A stretch of 64,000 bases of DNA from the NCBI GenBank assembly GCA_030324005.1, contig JARDVH010000121.1, forward strand, positions 42,011,715 through 42,075,714. Reading direction: 5' to 3'. The translations under genes and the position numbers were made by a program. Shown in pieces: positions 11,141-24,650 of the stretch (its first letter is position 1; each line of letters starts with the position of its first letter). The DNA comes from Negaprion brevirostris (Eukaryota). The notes under the pieces are model-generated. The model saw only the letters and a program-made list of their open reading frames with translations. It made no database searches and was not told where the DNA came from.

Positions 11141-12967
11141 CTATCCCAAATAACAATAGACTTTAACTTATTCAGTCACAATAAATCTTTGTTCACTTTC
11201 TCATTATCTCAGTCGGAGTTCAAAATTTTTTTGGGTATGCCTGATTGTCACTTTTGATGTTGGTTGGTGCCCCTCAAGCTATAACCATTTGTCTGTCTCT
11301 CTAAATATAGAGAGATGCCTATGTCCCTTGCGGACCACGGCTGATTGCAGACGCAGACTCCAGCTATTAAATTTATAATTGAAGGAAAAAGAAAGATATA
11401 GGTATGTTTTCCCTAATACTTCTTTCCACTTTCACTGTTGTAAAAGACTGACAAGTTGAGTATTGCTATCTCCACCTTGTCAATGCCCACTGTGTGCATG
11501 GTGAGGGCAGGTCAGCTTGGCAAGTGGGAAGGGAGTCAGGATCACTTGGCACTTCTCTAGCTCTGGGAAGATTTCACCTAATCAGATTTGCACGCCACGT
11601 TTTCTGTGGAAACAGCTGTGTTTTGCCTCAAAAGGAAGCTGCACTTTCTATTGAACATCCAGCTGGGCCACAAAATATGGAGGAAATTCATAGTAACTTT
11701 GACCTTCAGAATTGCTGACTGGAAGGGACACAGATGTGGGTGGGCTATGTCTAACATTTATGTAGGAGGACATATTGTTAGCTGCTGATGGCCCCAGCAG
11801 AATCCAGCAATCTGGAAGGAATGGAGTTTGTACAGCTGCGGTACATTGGCCTGTGATATCAGATTGACTTCCCTTCATAACACTGGTGTAGAAGACATGA
11901 GAGTCACTCATCATAGTTTTCATTCAATTATTATTTGACAGCATTCAGCACAAATGTGGTGCATTCATATGTGAGCTAGGGATAAAGTCAATTCCAAAGT
12001 GGTTAGTTTGCATTAGTGTTTCAAAAGTGATTTCCTCCAAGACACTGCAAAGTCAATCAAGCAATAAAATAAAACCATCTTAATTGCTGGATGATCGTGA
12101 TCTGTGAAAGAGTCTGCCTTACCTTTTCATCTTTGACTTTCGTTCCATGCAGAATAAGCTTTCCTTGTGAGTGCTCCATTGTAATAGATTGGATGCATCA
12201 TCAGCATTTGCTCAGTAAAGGTGCAAGCTGATGTGTGTTCCAGGCTCCTGCAAATCTTTTTCTGGGGGGTGAAAGATATGAAGGTGGGGGGAATTGCATG
12301 GGGACGTGGTTGGAATTGGGAAAAATAGTGGGCCACGCTGCAGGTAATGACCACAAAATAAAAGTTGCTTAAAATAGTCTTGAACTAAAGTTAACAAAAC
12401 CATATATTTGCTCTAGGTTCCACTGTCCTAAGTGAAAGAAGAGCCTTCCAAATAGCCAGAAGCTGGGGTCAGTCAACCCATGGCAATTCTTCTAATTTAG
12501 TATAATGTAAAATTCTCTGATAGGCACCTCCAACTGCGCATGCGNNNNNNNNNNNNNNNNNNNNNNNNNNNNNNNNNNNNNNNNNNNNNNNNNNNNNNNN
12601 NNNNNNNNNNNNNNNNNNNNNNNNNNNNNNNNNNNNNNNNNNNNNNNNNNNNNNNNNNNNNNNNNNNNNNNNNNNNNNNNNNNNNNNNNNNNNNNNNNNN
12701 NNNNNNNNNNNNNNNNNNNNNNNNNNNNNNNNNNNNNNNNNNNNNNNNNNNNNNNNNNNNNNNNNNNNNNNNNNNNNNNNNNNNNNNNNNNNNNNNNNNN
12801 NNNNNNNNNNNNNNNNNNNNNNNNNNNNNNNNNNNNNNNNNNNNNNNNNNNNNNNNNNNNNNNNNNNNNNNNNNNNNNNNNNNNNNNNNNNNNNNNNNNN
12901 NNNNNNNNNNNNNNNNNNNNNNNNNNNNNNNNNNNNNNNNNNNNNNNNNNNNNNNNNNNNNNNNNNA

Positions 12968-13290
12968 GCAAGCCACCCGAAGCTTTGTACTTACCTCCTC
13001 AGAAGCTGGAGCACCCAAATCGGATCTTTGCGGACCATGTCTGCTTCGCACTGAATCTGGACAGGCAAACACGGTGGTAAAGAGGGAAGTGCCAGTAAGT
13101 TTGGGCGTGCAGCCGATTAAGTCAATTTAAATGCATGCAAATGTATTTAAATAGACATTGCGCCCAAAATGAGCGCAATCCCGATGGTGACCATTTTCAG
13201 TCCTTGGTAAAGGGGGAACCGGTGTAGAGATGGGCACAGATTGCGCTACTCGCCTCACGCCCGACTTTACTAAGTTTTCATGCCCAAAAA
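12968..13290. mobile_element. Probable non-autonomous DNA transposon fragment next to a gap
   Basis: CpG-rich with an atgcaaatgtatttaaat motif similar to the element at 54929-55440; termini not resolved. Confidence 0.4.
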
Positions 13291-14019
13291 CATTCAAACT
13301 TGCTGGCCCACTGTTTCTGTTATTATCACTTTAATCTACCAATAAGAACTAAAGATTAATATGGCTTGCTACTTGCTCATTAGAGTTTTCAACCTACATT
13401 TATGCTGACATTGATCTGCTGCCAGCCACTGTGCACAACACATCTCTCAGGTTACTGATGTGATTGCTGTATCTAGCAACAGATTTAAAATTCAAAAAAC
13501 CCTGATGCAAACATATAGATTTGTCACTTTTCCACCAGGGAACAATCTCCTCCCAATTGCTTCTATTTAAGGTCTATTTACTTATTGTATTAGTCACACT
13601 TTCTGTGCTGTTAAAGCAATTTGTGATAAGAATATGAAGGTCAACAATCTAATGTGAATACAAGAGGTCAATGCAGAATTCAGCCTGCAAGTTCTTTGTA
13701 ATTAATTTAATTGTGAACTTATCTATTTAAAAAATCTCCAGTGTCTAGTGAAAAAATTAAAGAATCTAAACTGTTATTTATTTATTTTACCTTTTGTTTT
13801 AGGTTCAGCCTCTTACACACCTTGAGCATTTTATAATAATAACACGCTACATAAATGCAAATTATTAATTAATCACCTCTGTTATTACTGGTTTCCATAA
13901 AGTTCCTCAAATATTCAATGCAACAAACAATATGTAAGAGTATGTATACCTCTACTAAGTAATTCTGAACATCGTTTCAAAGTAATTGACTACATAACTT
14001 TGGGAACACTGGCTACTGA

Positions 14020-14305
14020 AGTTTCACTTTATTATTGTCACAAGTCGGCTTACATTAACACTGCAATGAAGTTACTGTAAAAATCCCCTTGTCTTAAACA
14101 CTCCGGCACCTGTTCAGGAACATTAAGTGGGAATTTAGCATGGCCAATTTATCTAATCAGCACGTCTTTTGGACTGTGGGAGGAAACCGGAGCACCCGGA
14201 GGAAACCCATGTAGACACAGGGAGAATGTGCAGACTCCACACAGACAGTGACCCAAGCTGGGAATCAAACCCCATGACACTGTGAGGCCATTGTGCCACT
14301 GCCGC
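14020..14305 (-). mobile_element. V-SINE, second-tail type
   Basis: Homologous to 10835-11140. Confidence 0.88.
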
Positions 14306-15672
14306 CCCATGCATACACATAAAAATATCTGTTCAACCAACGCATTGTGGGAGAACATCAGCATTGCAGAGAATGCTGCCACACCCAAAGTAAAAGGTCA
14401 CAGTATTGAAATAAGTTCCCAAAGTCTACCTCTTTTGTGACAGTAGCAGGGTCCCTGAACAGCTGTAACCTTGACTGTGATGCTAAGTGCTAAATCAACT
14501 TGGCCAGGCTAATAGATGAAGCCAAATATTTTACATTGGGTCACTTCTACGAGAAAAGTACTAACATTGACACTGCAATTTCTTAGGTCAGGCTATCTTA
14601 CCCAGACCTATCAGTAACAAATGGGGAGGACAAACTTTCATATCAAAATCAATTTTAAAAATCTACCAAAATTAGGTAAGTATTGCAGAAAAGTTCATAT
14701 TGCTATTTGATAAATGGAAAGGTAAAATGAGCACCTTTTGGAATATTTCAAAAAACTGTATAATATGCTGCATAACATAGTGAAAACAGGAGCAATTTAA
14801 TGTTTAGGAATAAGTACCGCTAAGCGCATGGGTCATATTTAATAGGAATTATGCCCTTGACACTTCTGCAATCAGCTGTTTCCCAATAAACTATTTATTT
14901 TAAAAGAAGCAACACCCGAAGTTACTGAATGCAACCACAATAGTTGTAGGGATCATTTATCATTCAAAGTTTGGAAAAGAAACAAAAAAACTGTCAGGTC
15001 AGGTCTCAAACTCATTTACCATCAATGATGTTGGCTGGAAGTGCATGTGGCTGACAAATGATGTAATGCAATTGGTCACATAAAGTGTCTGCTAAGGAAG
15101 TTTTCCTAGTCTTCTGTATGTTAATAACAAGTTTTTATTAACTATTTGTAACTACCCACATGCAGTAAAGAGTACAGATAAAGAGCTTTCTCCATGTCGA
15201 GATCTTAATGTGTCTCTGTTGAACACTGCACTGACCCTCGTTCTGAGTTATGTGCTTTCTTACATCACTGTATGAGTGGTATTGTACTCGGTCCCATGAA
15301 CATATCATATATACCCACATATGTATATACCTTATACGACACCTCCCCCCAAGCCTTTATCCCATGGACACAGAATTACGTTATTTACTTCAGGCCTGAC
15401 ATTGTAATGTGTCTTATGCATTTATCATATTGTTAAAACCTTAATGCTATTCCCCAATTATTACTTTTATAGGATCAGCATTAACAAAATTCTTGCCACC
15501 CCACCTCCTTACTTCCTATTCTTGAAGTTAGAGGTCCAGACTGTCTGGAGGCTTTATAACTCCTCCACATCTTGTTTGTCGTCCTGTCAGAGGAGTAGTA
15601 GCCTCTTGAGGTTCTGGTTCTTGCTGTCAGCTTGGAGGTTGTGATCTGATAAGCTGGACTGAGGGTTGACTT

Positions 15673-15832
15673 AGAATCATAGAGTCTCTAAAATGCAGAA
15701 GGAAGCCATTCAGCCCAATCGAGTCTTCACTGACCACAACCCCAATAACTTACCCGAGCTAGTCCACCTCACACTAAGGGCCAATTTTGCATGGCCAACC
15801 CACCTAACCCGCACATTTTTGGATGTCTGTCC
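15673..15832 (-). mobile_element. HE1-like V-SINE 3' half, truncated by a gap
   Basis: agaatcatag tail and catggccaacccacctaacc core. Confidence 0.8.
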
Positions 15833-16645
15833 NNNNNNNNNNNNNNNNNNNNNNNNNNNNNNNNNNNNNNNNNNNNNNNNNNNNNNNNNNNNNNNNNNNN
15901 NNNNNNNNNNNNNNNNNNNNNNNNNNNNNNNNCAGACAAAAAAGTCCAGAAGGTGTTTTATTGCAGCAGAAGCTTGCATAGAATATCCCCTGGAACTTCA
16001 GCTTCAGTGCACGGACTCTATAGCCTGCAGCGGTGAGCTAAATCTTTTTAGCTTCCAGGCTACACTTAGTCCTGTGAAGTCCTTTTTACTCACTCAATTG
16101 AAAACATCATTTAAATGAAACCAGTCACTAATTCTGATCCCAGCTCGTAGCCTCAGCATGTGGCCTCTGTGTTGAAAATGAAAACAAAAAAAAAATTTAA
16201 CTGACTCAACTCTCGGGAATCTTGTGACTGTTTGATTCCTTAAACAACCAGCATAAGGTTAATTTAAATGCCTCGCTGCTCGCAATGCTACATTGCTAAA
16301 TAAATCGGGTTGGCAGACAGCTGACCAAACCGGCTATTGTTAAACACATTTTTGCCAGAAGTGTGCAACTGCCATTTTCCAAAGCCTGCCAAACTGGCAA
16401 GTGCAGAAAATCCATTGTTCTGCAGCGAATAGCTATGCCATCTTTGAAGCCTGAAAGCCAATTTGTCCAACACGCAGCCCGCAGGTCTGTGGTCACTGAA
16501 GCAGATATTCAAAATGCCAGTCAGACAGCCAAGTAAAGCTGATGATTCTGCAAAGAACTCCTCCCCCCAATTACAGGCCGCTCCTCTCCCATATTTGCTT
16601 TTGATAGCTGCAAGAGAGTGAGAGTGAGTGTCCGAGTGAGACAGT

Positions 16646-16772
16646 GGGGCAAATTTTTCCATTCTGCCCACCACGGGAATCATAGTGGGCAAGGGGTGGA
16701 CCATGGAAAGGTCCGTTGACCTTGGACAGGATTTTTCAGTTTCAGGATGAGAATGGCCAGAAAATCCCATCC
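16646..16772. mobile_element. Short PIF/Harbinger-type MITE
   Basis: ggggcaaatttttcc ... ccagaaaatcccatcc; homologous to 6701-6824 and 20502-20641. Confidence 0.65.
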
Positions 16773-17727
16773 AGTGAGTGTGCAAGCAAGCTAGTGAGCG
16801 AGAGAGTGAATTTTTATTAATTACTTGGGACAAAATACATTTATACAGTAAAGGGTGCAGGCAAGGAGCTGTCTCCATTTCTAGATTTTAACACAGATCT
16901 GCTCAATACCATTGACCCTAGCTCTTGGTCATCTGCCTCTTACATTACAGTATGGGTAGTATGATATAGTCAGTCCCACATTAACCCTGTACATACTAAA
17001 ATAAGAATCAAGTTCAGTTGTGGTGATGGCGCACAGTCAATTTATCTGCCAGATTTCACCCTCTTGGTCCACATATTAACTTTTTTTTAAAGAATAAAAT
17101 CATTTTAGTTGCTAAAACCAATTTACATTTATCAGCTATTTGAAAGCCAGATTTTGAGAAATTTTTAATCGTCTAGATGTTAATCACTCACCAGTGCTCT
17201 AAATTTTAATAGGACAGTGAAAAATGACAGTAGTGACCAAAATAGCTTCGATACAACTCTCTTTTCACATCCCCTAACCACCACCCACTTCCCACCTTCC
17301 ACTGTGCCTGGCCACCAGCCACACTGAGCACAGTATACTCTGAGCTGACATTAAAAGGGGTGTTCAGGTCTAGCTTCAGTCCATCTCACCTCAGATACAG
17401 GATGGTCACCCTGATCTTGCTCTTGGCATCAGGTGTGGCAATGCAACCATTACTGCAGACCTGAGCAGCAATGGCTGCCAGCATTGGGACCTCCTGACTG
17501 TTTTCCCAAAAGACAGCAACCAAAAGGCCTCTGATCTGTAACCCACAGCACTGTAAAGAAAACTAGATGTACTTTCTTGGCACTTCTCCAATCAGGGAAC
17601 TATTTTCTTTTGGAAGCCTCTCAGAGCGAGTTGCCAACGTTGGAAGAAAATGAGATTGAGGTTCAATTCAACTTCCCCCCAGTCTCATTATCGTGTCTTC
17701 GATTTGTTTGCATCTTCTAAATTCTTT

Positions 17728-18128
17728 TTGATTTGATTTATTATTGTCACATGTATTAGCATACAGTGAAAAGTATTGTTTCTTGAGTGCTATGCAGACA
17801 GAGCATACTATTCATAGAGAAGGAAACAAGAGGCTGCAAAATGTAGTGTTACAGAAATAGCTGGGGTTTGGAGAAAGAACAGTTTAATGCAAGATAGGTC
17901 CATTCAAAAGTCTGATGACAGCAGGGAAAAAGCTGTTCTTGAGTCGGTCAGTACGTGACGTCAGACTTTTGTATCTTTTTCCCAATGGAAGAAGGTGGAA
18001 GAGAGAATGTCCAGTGTATGTGAGGTTCTTAATTATGCTGGCTGCATAATTAAGGTAGCAGGAAGTGTAGACAGAGTCAATGGATGGGAGAATTGTTTGC
18101 GTGATGGATTGGGCTATATTCATGACCT
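17728..18128 (-). mobile_element. Rex1/Babar-like LINE 3' end
   Basis: Minus ORF ...HSLFHLLPLGKRYKSL...RLKNSFFPAVIRLLN; (tttga)n tail; homologous to 47292-47832. Confidence 0.85.
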
Positions 18129-18984
18129 TTTGTTCACAAATTCACAAGCACACCAACGCTGTAGCAAGAATAGAACACTCTCAGTAACATAAAGGGGCTG
18201 AAGACCTGTTGAAATATGTTCCCATCCCCTTTCTACTCCATTGCATCAGGAAAGAGAGTTTCCCAGGAACATTAGACAGAAAACTATTGTATTAACAATT
18301 GCAGATGAGAGCAACGAATTTTCCACACTGGTTCTGTTGAAACCATAAGCAGCTATAACTTAGACAGACCTCGCTTGATAAAAAGCTACATGGAGAGTAA
18401 GCCCCATGAAATCAGAGGCAACCTACAAATTTAGAAGTCAGGTTCCGACACTGTGCTATCAAATAGTTAGTTACACCATAGCGTAAAAATGTGATAGGAA
18501 CATAGGAAAACAAGGAAGGCATGCTAAATGTAAAACATCCTCCAGAACATGTCAACTAACCCAGACATTTTATTCATGAGAATGGAAGTTAGAAATTATA
18601 GATAAACATAGCTCATATTGTTGCAGGGCCAATTTAAATGAATTATCATTGAGATCTTCAATGCTCTAAATTTTAATGAATATATAAATAATTTATTGGC
18701 ATGGAGGTTTCCTGCTGATCAGCAGTAATATGAAGACACTCCTCTGCTTCCAATTCCTTCTCAAATCTTGATAGAAAAACTCATATTGGCAGTCACAGGG
18801 ATAGAAATTCAGCGGAGGCTTTTCAAATTATTTATTATTATTAAGGGTCTTCTCCCACACAATCTTTATAAAATTATCCGTATAAATAAGAGACCAAAAA
18901 AAAGGCAACAATATAGCAGTAACCAAATGAATTCTAAGACTGCGGTATTAGCATGACAAACTTTAGATTTGACAGAACAAGCAG

Positions 18985-19330
18985 GGAGGAGATGTCCTAG
19001 TGGTATTATTGCTAGACTATTAATCCAGAAACTCAGCTGAAGTTCTGGGGATCCAAGTTCAAATCCTGCCAAGGCAGGTGGGGGAATTTGAATTCAACAA
19101 AAAAAAATCTACTGATGACCATGAAACCAATGTCGATTGTCAGAAAAATCCATCTGGTCCATTAATATCCTTTGGGGAAGGAAATCTGCCATCCTTACCT
19201 CGTCTGGCCTACATGTAACTCCAGAGCCACAGCAATGTGGTTGACTCTCAACTGCCCTCTAAAGACAACTAGGAATAGGCAATAAATGCTGGACAGCCGG
19301 CAATGCCCATGTCCCACGAATGAGTAAAAA
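18985..19330 (+). mobile_element. tRNA-derived SINE (non-V family) with CR1-like tail
   Basis: A-box-like ctagtggta, B-box-like gttcaaatcc, tail ggcaataaatgctgg...cccacgaatgagtaaaaa; siblings at 21433-21692 and 46835-47110. Confidence 0.8.
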
Positions 19331-20419
19331 GAAAATAGTTGTGGACAAGAAGGAAAGTAGTCCTGGGGTCCTCAAGATGACTTTGGATCTCATGATGTCT
19401 GATGGCTTTCTGTCAAACATAGGCAACAAAATCTACCACTGATTTATACCTATTGCCCTCCTTCAGGTGTTGAATTAGTACTCTACCATAATGGGGATCA
19501 CTTGGAGGATGCAAGGGCAGCACGAGCTAAAAGTGTACTCTAGATGTCCATGGAAACAAAAGAGAGTTTCTCAGTCATTGACGAATTTGGCAAAATCCTG
19601 AAGGACATGCCCCCCAGACTGGGCTTGCAGGAAGTCTTTAAAACACCAACATGACGGAATAGCACACTTGGGTTTGTCCTCATCCATCTACCTATCACAG
19701 ATGTATCTGTCCCAAAACCGCATTAAGAGTGAACACCCAATAATCAGAGAACAGGATGCATTTTCCTCAAATGACGTCCTCAATCATGCCATGTGACACT
19801 ACTACCATGCTGTATGGCGTAGGCTAAGAACCCATCTTCTAGTTCAGAGCCTGTCCTTCTTAGCACTGGGTCATCAGCAGTAATAAAATTATATGCCATC
19901 ACAATGTGTAACCTCATGGCCTGATAGATCCTTACTCCAGATGACCAACCCAGATTCAATGGAAGGAGTGCGATGCATGCTCTATGGCAACACCTCGACC
20001 AGACCCTACTTGCCAACCAGTCAGTGCGCTCTTCTCATGCAGAATAAACACTTGTTCTTTTTGAGTTTGGAATTCTTATGAATCTGCACTGAGGATGGAA
20101 GATATAAAGCTTCAACAGCATATTTTCTTTTTCAGCAATATTGTGCATTGAGCCTTTCAACATTAAACAAAACTATTAACTGGTATGACTACTTAAAAAA
20201 AACATGGCCGAGCTTGTGGCCGTGGCCAGACAGGTACCATGTTGGCAAATGTCGACTAAAGTATCCTTCAGCTTACACAAGACGCTCCGATCTTACCTTC
20301 AGAATAACACCTTCTCCTACTGCAGTGAAAAAATTGTCTCCTCTTCACTTTCATCAGCAGCCACGTCTTTTGTTATCTTAATAACTTGCCAAATTGTGGA
20401 CAATTTTGTGTTTTTTTTA

Positions 20420-21105
20420 GTTTGATTTGATTTATTATGGTCACATGTATTGGTATCCAGTGAAAAGTATTGTTTCTTGAGCACTATACAGGCAAAATAT
20501 AGGGTGGGATTCTCCAGCCGCGCTTGCCTGAAAACCACAAACTCCCACCCGACTTCAATGGACCTTTACATAGTCCGCCCCTCCCCCCAACCCCCCAGCC
20601 ACTAGAATTTCAGTGACGGGCACGATGGGAGAATTCCGGCCATACTGTTCATAGAGTACATAGGGTAGAAGGCAAGCAGAGGGTGCAGAATATAATATTA
20701 CAGTCACAGCTAGGGTGTAGAGAAGTATCAACTCAATATATGGCAAGTCCATTCAAAAGTCTGATGTTATATGGTGTTACATGACCTCACACATTTGTAT
20801 CTTTCTCCCAATGGAAGAAAGTCGAAGAGAGTATATCCATGGTGTATGGGGTCCTTAATTACACTGGCTGCTTTTCTGACGCAGTGTGAAGTGTTTTCCA
20901 GAGTCAATGGAAAGAGGGGTGGTTTGCACAATGAGCTGGGTTATATTCACAATGTTTTGTGGTTTCTTGCGGTCTTGGTCAGAGCAGGAGCTGTGATGCA
21001 CAACAGAAAGCATTCTTTCTGGATGTATCTGTAAAAATTGGAGAGAGTCACAACGGACATGCCAAATTTCTTTAGCCTCTTGAGACAGTAGAGGCATTGG
21101 TGGTG
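20420..21105 (-). mobile_element. Rex1/Babar-like LINE 3' end interrupted by a MITE
   Basis: Minus ORF HQCLYCLKRLKKFGMS; colinear with 17728-18128 apart from the insertion at 20502-20641. Confidence 0.85.
20502..20641. mobile_element. PIF/Harbinger-type MITE with ATA target duplication
   Basis: TIRs gggtgggattctcc and rc ggccggaattctcc; ATA at 20499-20501 and 20642-20644; the empty site is seen in the sibling LINE near 17800. Confidence 0.85.
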
Positions 21106-21432
21106 TGAATCCGTAAGAACTGGGCTGGGATAGAGCAAACAAATTTTGCACATGGCTCTCAGCCAGTAAAATGAGCCGTTCATTATAATTAAACCAAAAT
21201 TCCAATGCTGACAATAATGAACTCATTTTTCTGAAATATTAATCAATTATATATANNNNNNNNNNNNNNNNNNNNNNNNNNNNNNNNNNNNNNNNNNNNN
21301 NNNNNNNNNNNNNNNNNNNNNNNNNNNNNNNNNNNNNNNNNNNNNNNNNNNNNNNNNNNNNNNNNNNNNNNNNNNNNNNNNNNNNNNNNNNNNNNNNNNN
21401 NNNNNNNNNNNNNNNNNNNNNNNNNNNNNNNN

Positions 21433-21692
21433 AAAAAAAAATCTGGAATTAAGAATCTATTGCCATCCATGAAACCATTGTCGATCGTCAGAAAAACGCA
21501 CCTGCTTCCCCTTTAAGGAAGGAAATCTGCCATCCTCAACTGATCGGGCTTACATGTGACTCCAGAGCCACAACAATGTGGATGACTCAACTGCCCATGA
21601 AGTGGCCTCGCAAGTCACTCAGTTCAAGGGCAACTAGGAATGGGCAATAAATGTTGGTCAGTCAGCGACACCCATGTCCCACAAATGAGTAA
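21433..21692 (+). mobile_element. 3' half of a tRNA-SINE (same family as 18985-19330)
   Basis: ccatgaaaccattgtcgat...ggaaggaaatctgccatcct...ggcaataaatgttgg. Confidence 0.8.
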
Positions 21693-22929
21693 AGAATATT
21701 TACCAATGTATTTATATCTTTACAAATTGATGTACTTGATATGTACATTTACTCGATATTTACATAACAGATACCTACCAACTTTCAGTAACCAAGGAGG
21801 TAAAATACTTCTAAGAATCTAAAAACACTCAATCACACTGCTTTTTGACTTAGCATCCTATCAATAAATACAGATGAGGTTAAAGTACGCATAAAGATAC
21901 TATGTGAATGAGTATTCAGATCACATGTCCAATGGCATTTCTTTGCTTACTAACCAAGTGTAATTATCCACTTGTAGGTTCTAAATTACCCATGGGACTA
22001 GTGTTAACATATTGGGCAACAGTGACCTACAGCTCTGTCAATGAACCTGAAAAAAATTCTGCCATTATTTAAAATGGATATTTCATCAGGAAAAATTCCA
22101 TTCTGTAAGTATTCAAAGAACAAACCTTGACTTCCCAGCAATGACGACTGCAGCACGCACAGCAAAGCTGCACGTGATGAGGATTTGGAATAATTCTTGA
22201 TTCTCATTAGGTTAATTGTTTTCATGGTGTGTTGGGTCATTTATAATACACAGCAAATTTAATTTTGCAGAAATTCATAGAATCGTACACAGTGTAGAAT
22301 GAAGCCATTCGGCCCATCGAGTCTGCACCGATTGTTTTGGAAGTATTGTCAAACAGTTCAGATGTACAACCATACTGTCGGACTGAATGTACAAATGAGT
22401 TTGGGCAATCCTGTTTTTGTCTCCAAAACTGAGAAATCAGTCTAAAAAATTCATTCCAATTGCAGTTCAATGATTCAGATTAGATTTCAAGGAGATAATA
22501 CTTTAGAGTGCAAACTGATGATAAAAATTAAACCATGAGACACATGTATTATTAGTTTCATGTATAACATACCACATAATCAGCACTTTTAATGCTTATA
22601 CGGTACAGCTGACAAATACAACCATTATTGCTACTCAATTTAAATGATTGCATAATATAGATTAATTCAGGAGATTGATGCAATTCTTTGTAAATTATAT
22701 CTGTAGAAATATTTATCCCATTGATAGTATCTCTGGTACAACATAACTTGGTTAAGAAAATCAAAGTAATGCCCTTTCGACTTATGTGTCACAACTAAAT
22801 GACAGGGGAAGGTAAATTTACAACTTGGATTTCTCAGAAAATATTGCTCACACTGATTAAGTGCCACCTAGTGGTAACAAAATTCGTGCTAAAATACAAG
22901 CTTCAAAAGCTGGAAATCTGAGAAGAAAC

Positions 22930-24650
22930 TGGAACATGATAGTAGATCACGTGGCCAATTGAGTCTGCTCTGCCATTCAACACAATCATCACTAATCCTC
23001 AGCCTACTTTCCTGTCCACTCCCTGATCTGTCTATCTCAAATCTCAAATATAATCAATGATGGAGCTTGCACAGCACTTTGGGGTCCAGAATTCAAAAGA
23101 TCCACAACCCCTGTGAAAAGTTCTCTCAGCTCAGTTTTAAATCATTGGCCCCCTCATCGGAGACTGTGTTCTTGTGTTTTGGGTTATCCAACAGCGGGGG
23201 TTGGCGGGGGGAGGTGTGGAGATATGTAACAACCTGTCAAGTCTCTTCAGAATCTTGTACATTTCAACGATATCAACTCTCATTGTTTTAAACTGCAGGG
23301 AACACAGACACAACTTACACAGCCTCTTATTAAAAGGACAACCCTCATACTATGAGCCAACCTAATGAACCTTCACTGTACCACCTCTAAGCAGATATAA
23401 CCTCCCTTAATATATAGGCTAAAACCATGCACAGCATTCCACGTGTGGTCTTACCAGAGCCCTGTACAATTTACTGTATAAGGGCACGCAGGCAGAGCAA
23501 GGGTTAAAGCAAGATTGGAGAACAGTAACAACCACAGTACAAGGGAATGAGTCACTTGATGATAGACTGTGTATAGATTCTGAAAGCACCCATACTTTGG
23601 ATCTGTATATAGTTATGAGCTGTTAGCAAACACAATGTTCAACCATACAAGTCTCCCGACCTCTCAGTGAGACTCTAAACAATCCTAACACATAATGGTA
23701 GCAAGGCTTCTTTATTCTTGTACTCCTACTACCTTGCAATAAAGGTCAGTGTGGCATTTGCTTTCCTAACTGCTTGCTATATCTGCACACTAACTTTATT
23801 TCTTGTACTAGTACACTCAAGTCCCTTTGAATATCAACAGTTACAAGTGTTCTGCCTTTTAAAATTGTTTTTCTGCTCTTGCTACCATTGTGAATAGTCT
23901 AATACATTTCCATAATTATACTCATTGCCATCACTTAAAAGGCTGAAAAAGCTGAAAAGAGATGTGGACAAGTGTGTTCTCATGCAGCTTTATATCATCA
24001 GCAAACTTGTTTGTCTTTTTGTCTGAGCTGTTAGATTGTAAAGACTTGAGGCTCCAGAATTGATCCTTGTGGCACTCCCTGCTCTTTGTTTCCTTACCCA
24101 TTAACCATTCTTTTTCCAAGCTTATATATTAGCCCCAATCTCACAAGTCCTTACTTTGTGTATTAACCCTGGGTGGCACCTTATCAAATGCCTTTTGGAA
24201 ATCAAAATATATTTACATAAATTGGTTCCCCTTTCATTACCCTACTAGTTACATCCTCATACCCAAATTTATTTTGTCAAACACAATTTTTCTCTCAACC
24301 ACATTGATTTTACAAAGATTTTCTCAGTGTTAATTGTTAATACTTCTGCAATAATAGAATCCACCATTTTTCTGACAACTGATATTGGGCTAACTGCCCT
24401 GTAGTTCAGTTTTCTCTATCATGAAGTTCCACTTGCTATTTTCCAAACCATTAGGATTATTCTAGAATCTGGAGAATTCTGGAAAACCATAACCAGTGTC
24501 TCCACTATCTCTGCTACAATCTCTTTTAGAAGCTTAGGGAGGAAGGAAGTCTTCAGTTCTTGGCAATTAGTTGGATTCAGTCCCTTAAGTTTTTCTAATA
24601 CTTTTTCAGTACTGATATTACTCCTTGCTATTAGCCCTGAGCTAACCCTC
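22930..24650 (-). mobile_element. Old, fragmented CR1 LINE
   Basis: Minus ORFs EKVLEKLKGL...LLKEIVAEIVETLVMVFQNS...WKIA and FADDIKL; atcaaatgccttttggaaatc corresponds to the DFQKAFD motif. Confidence 0.8.

Noticed and set aside
16288-16878. 196-aa minus-strand ORF, the longest gap-free ORF in the track
   Set aside because: It runs through a MITE and a GA/GT microsatellite-like stretch, with no recognisable domain.
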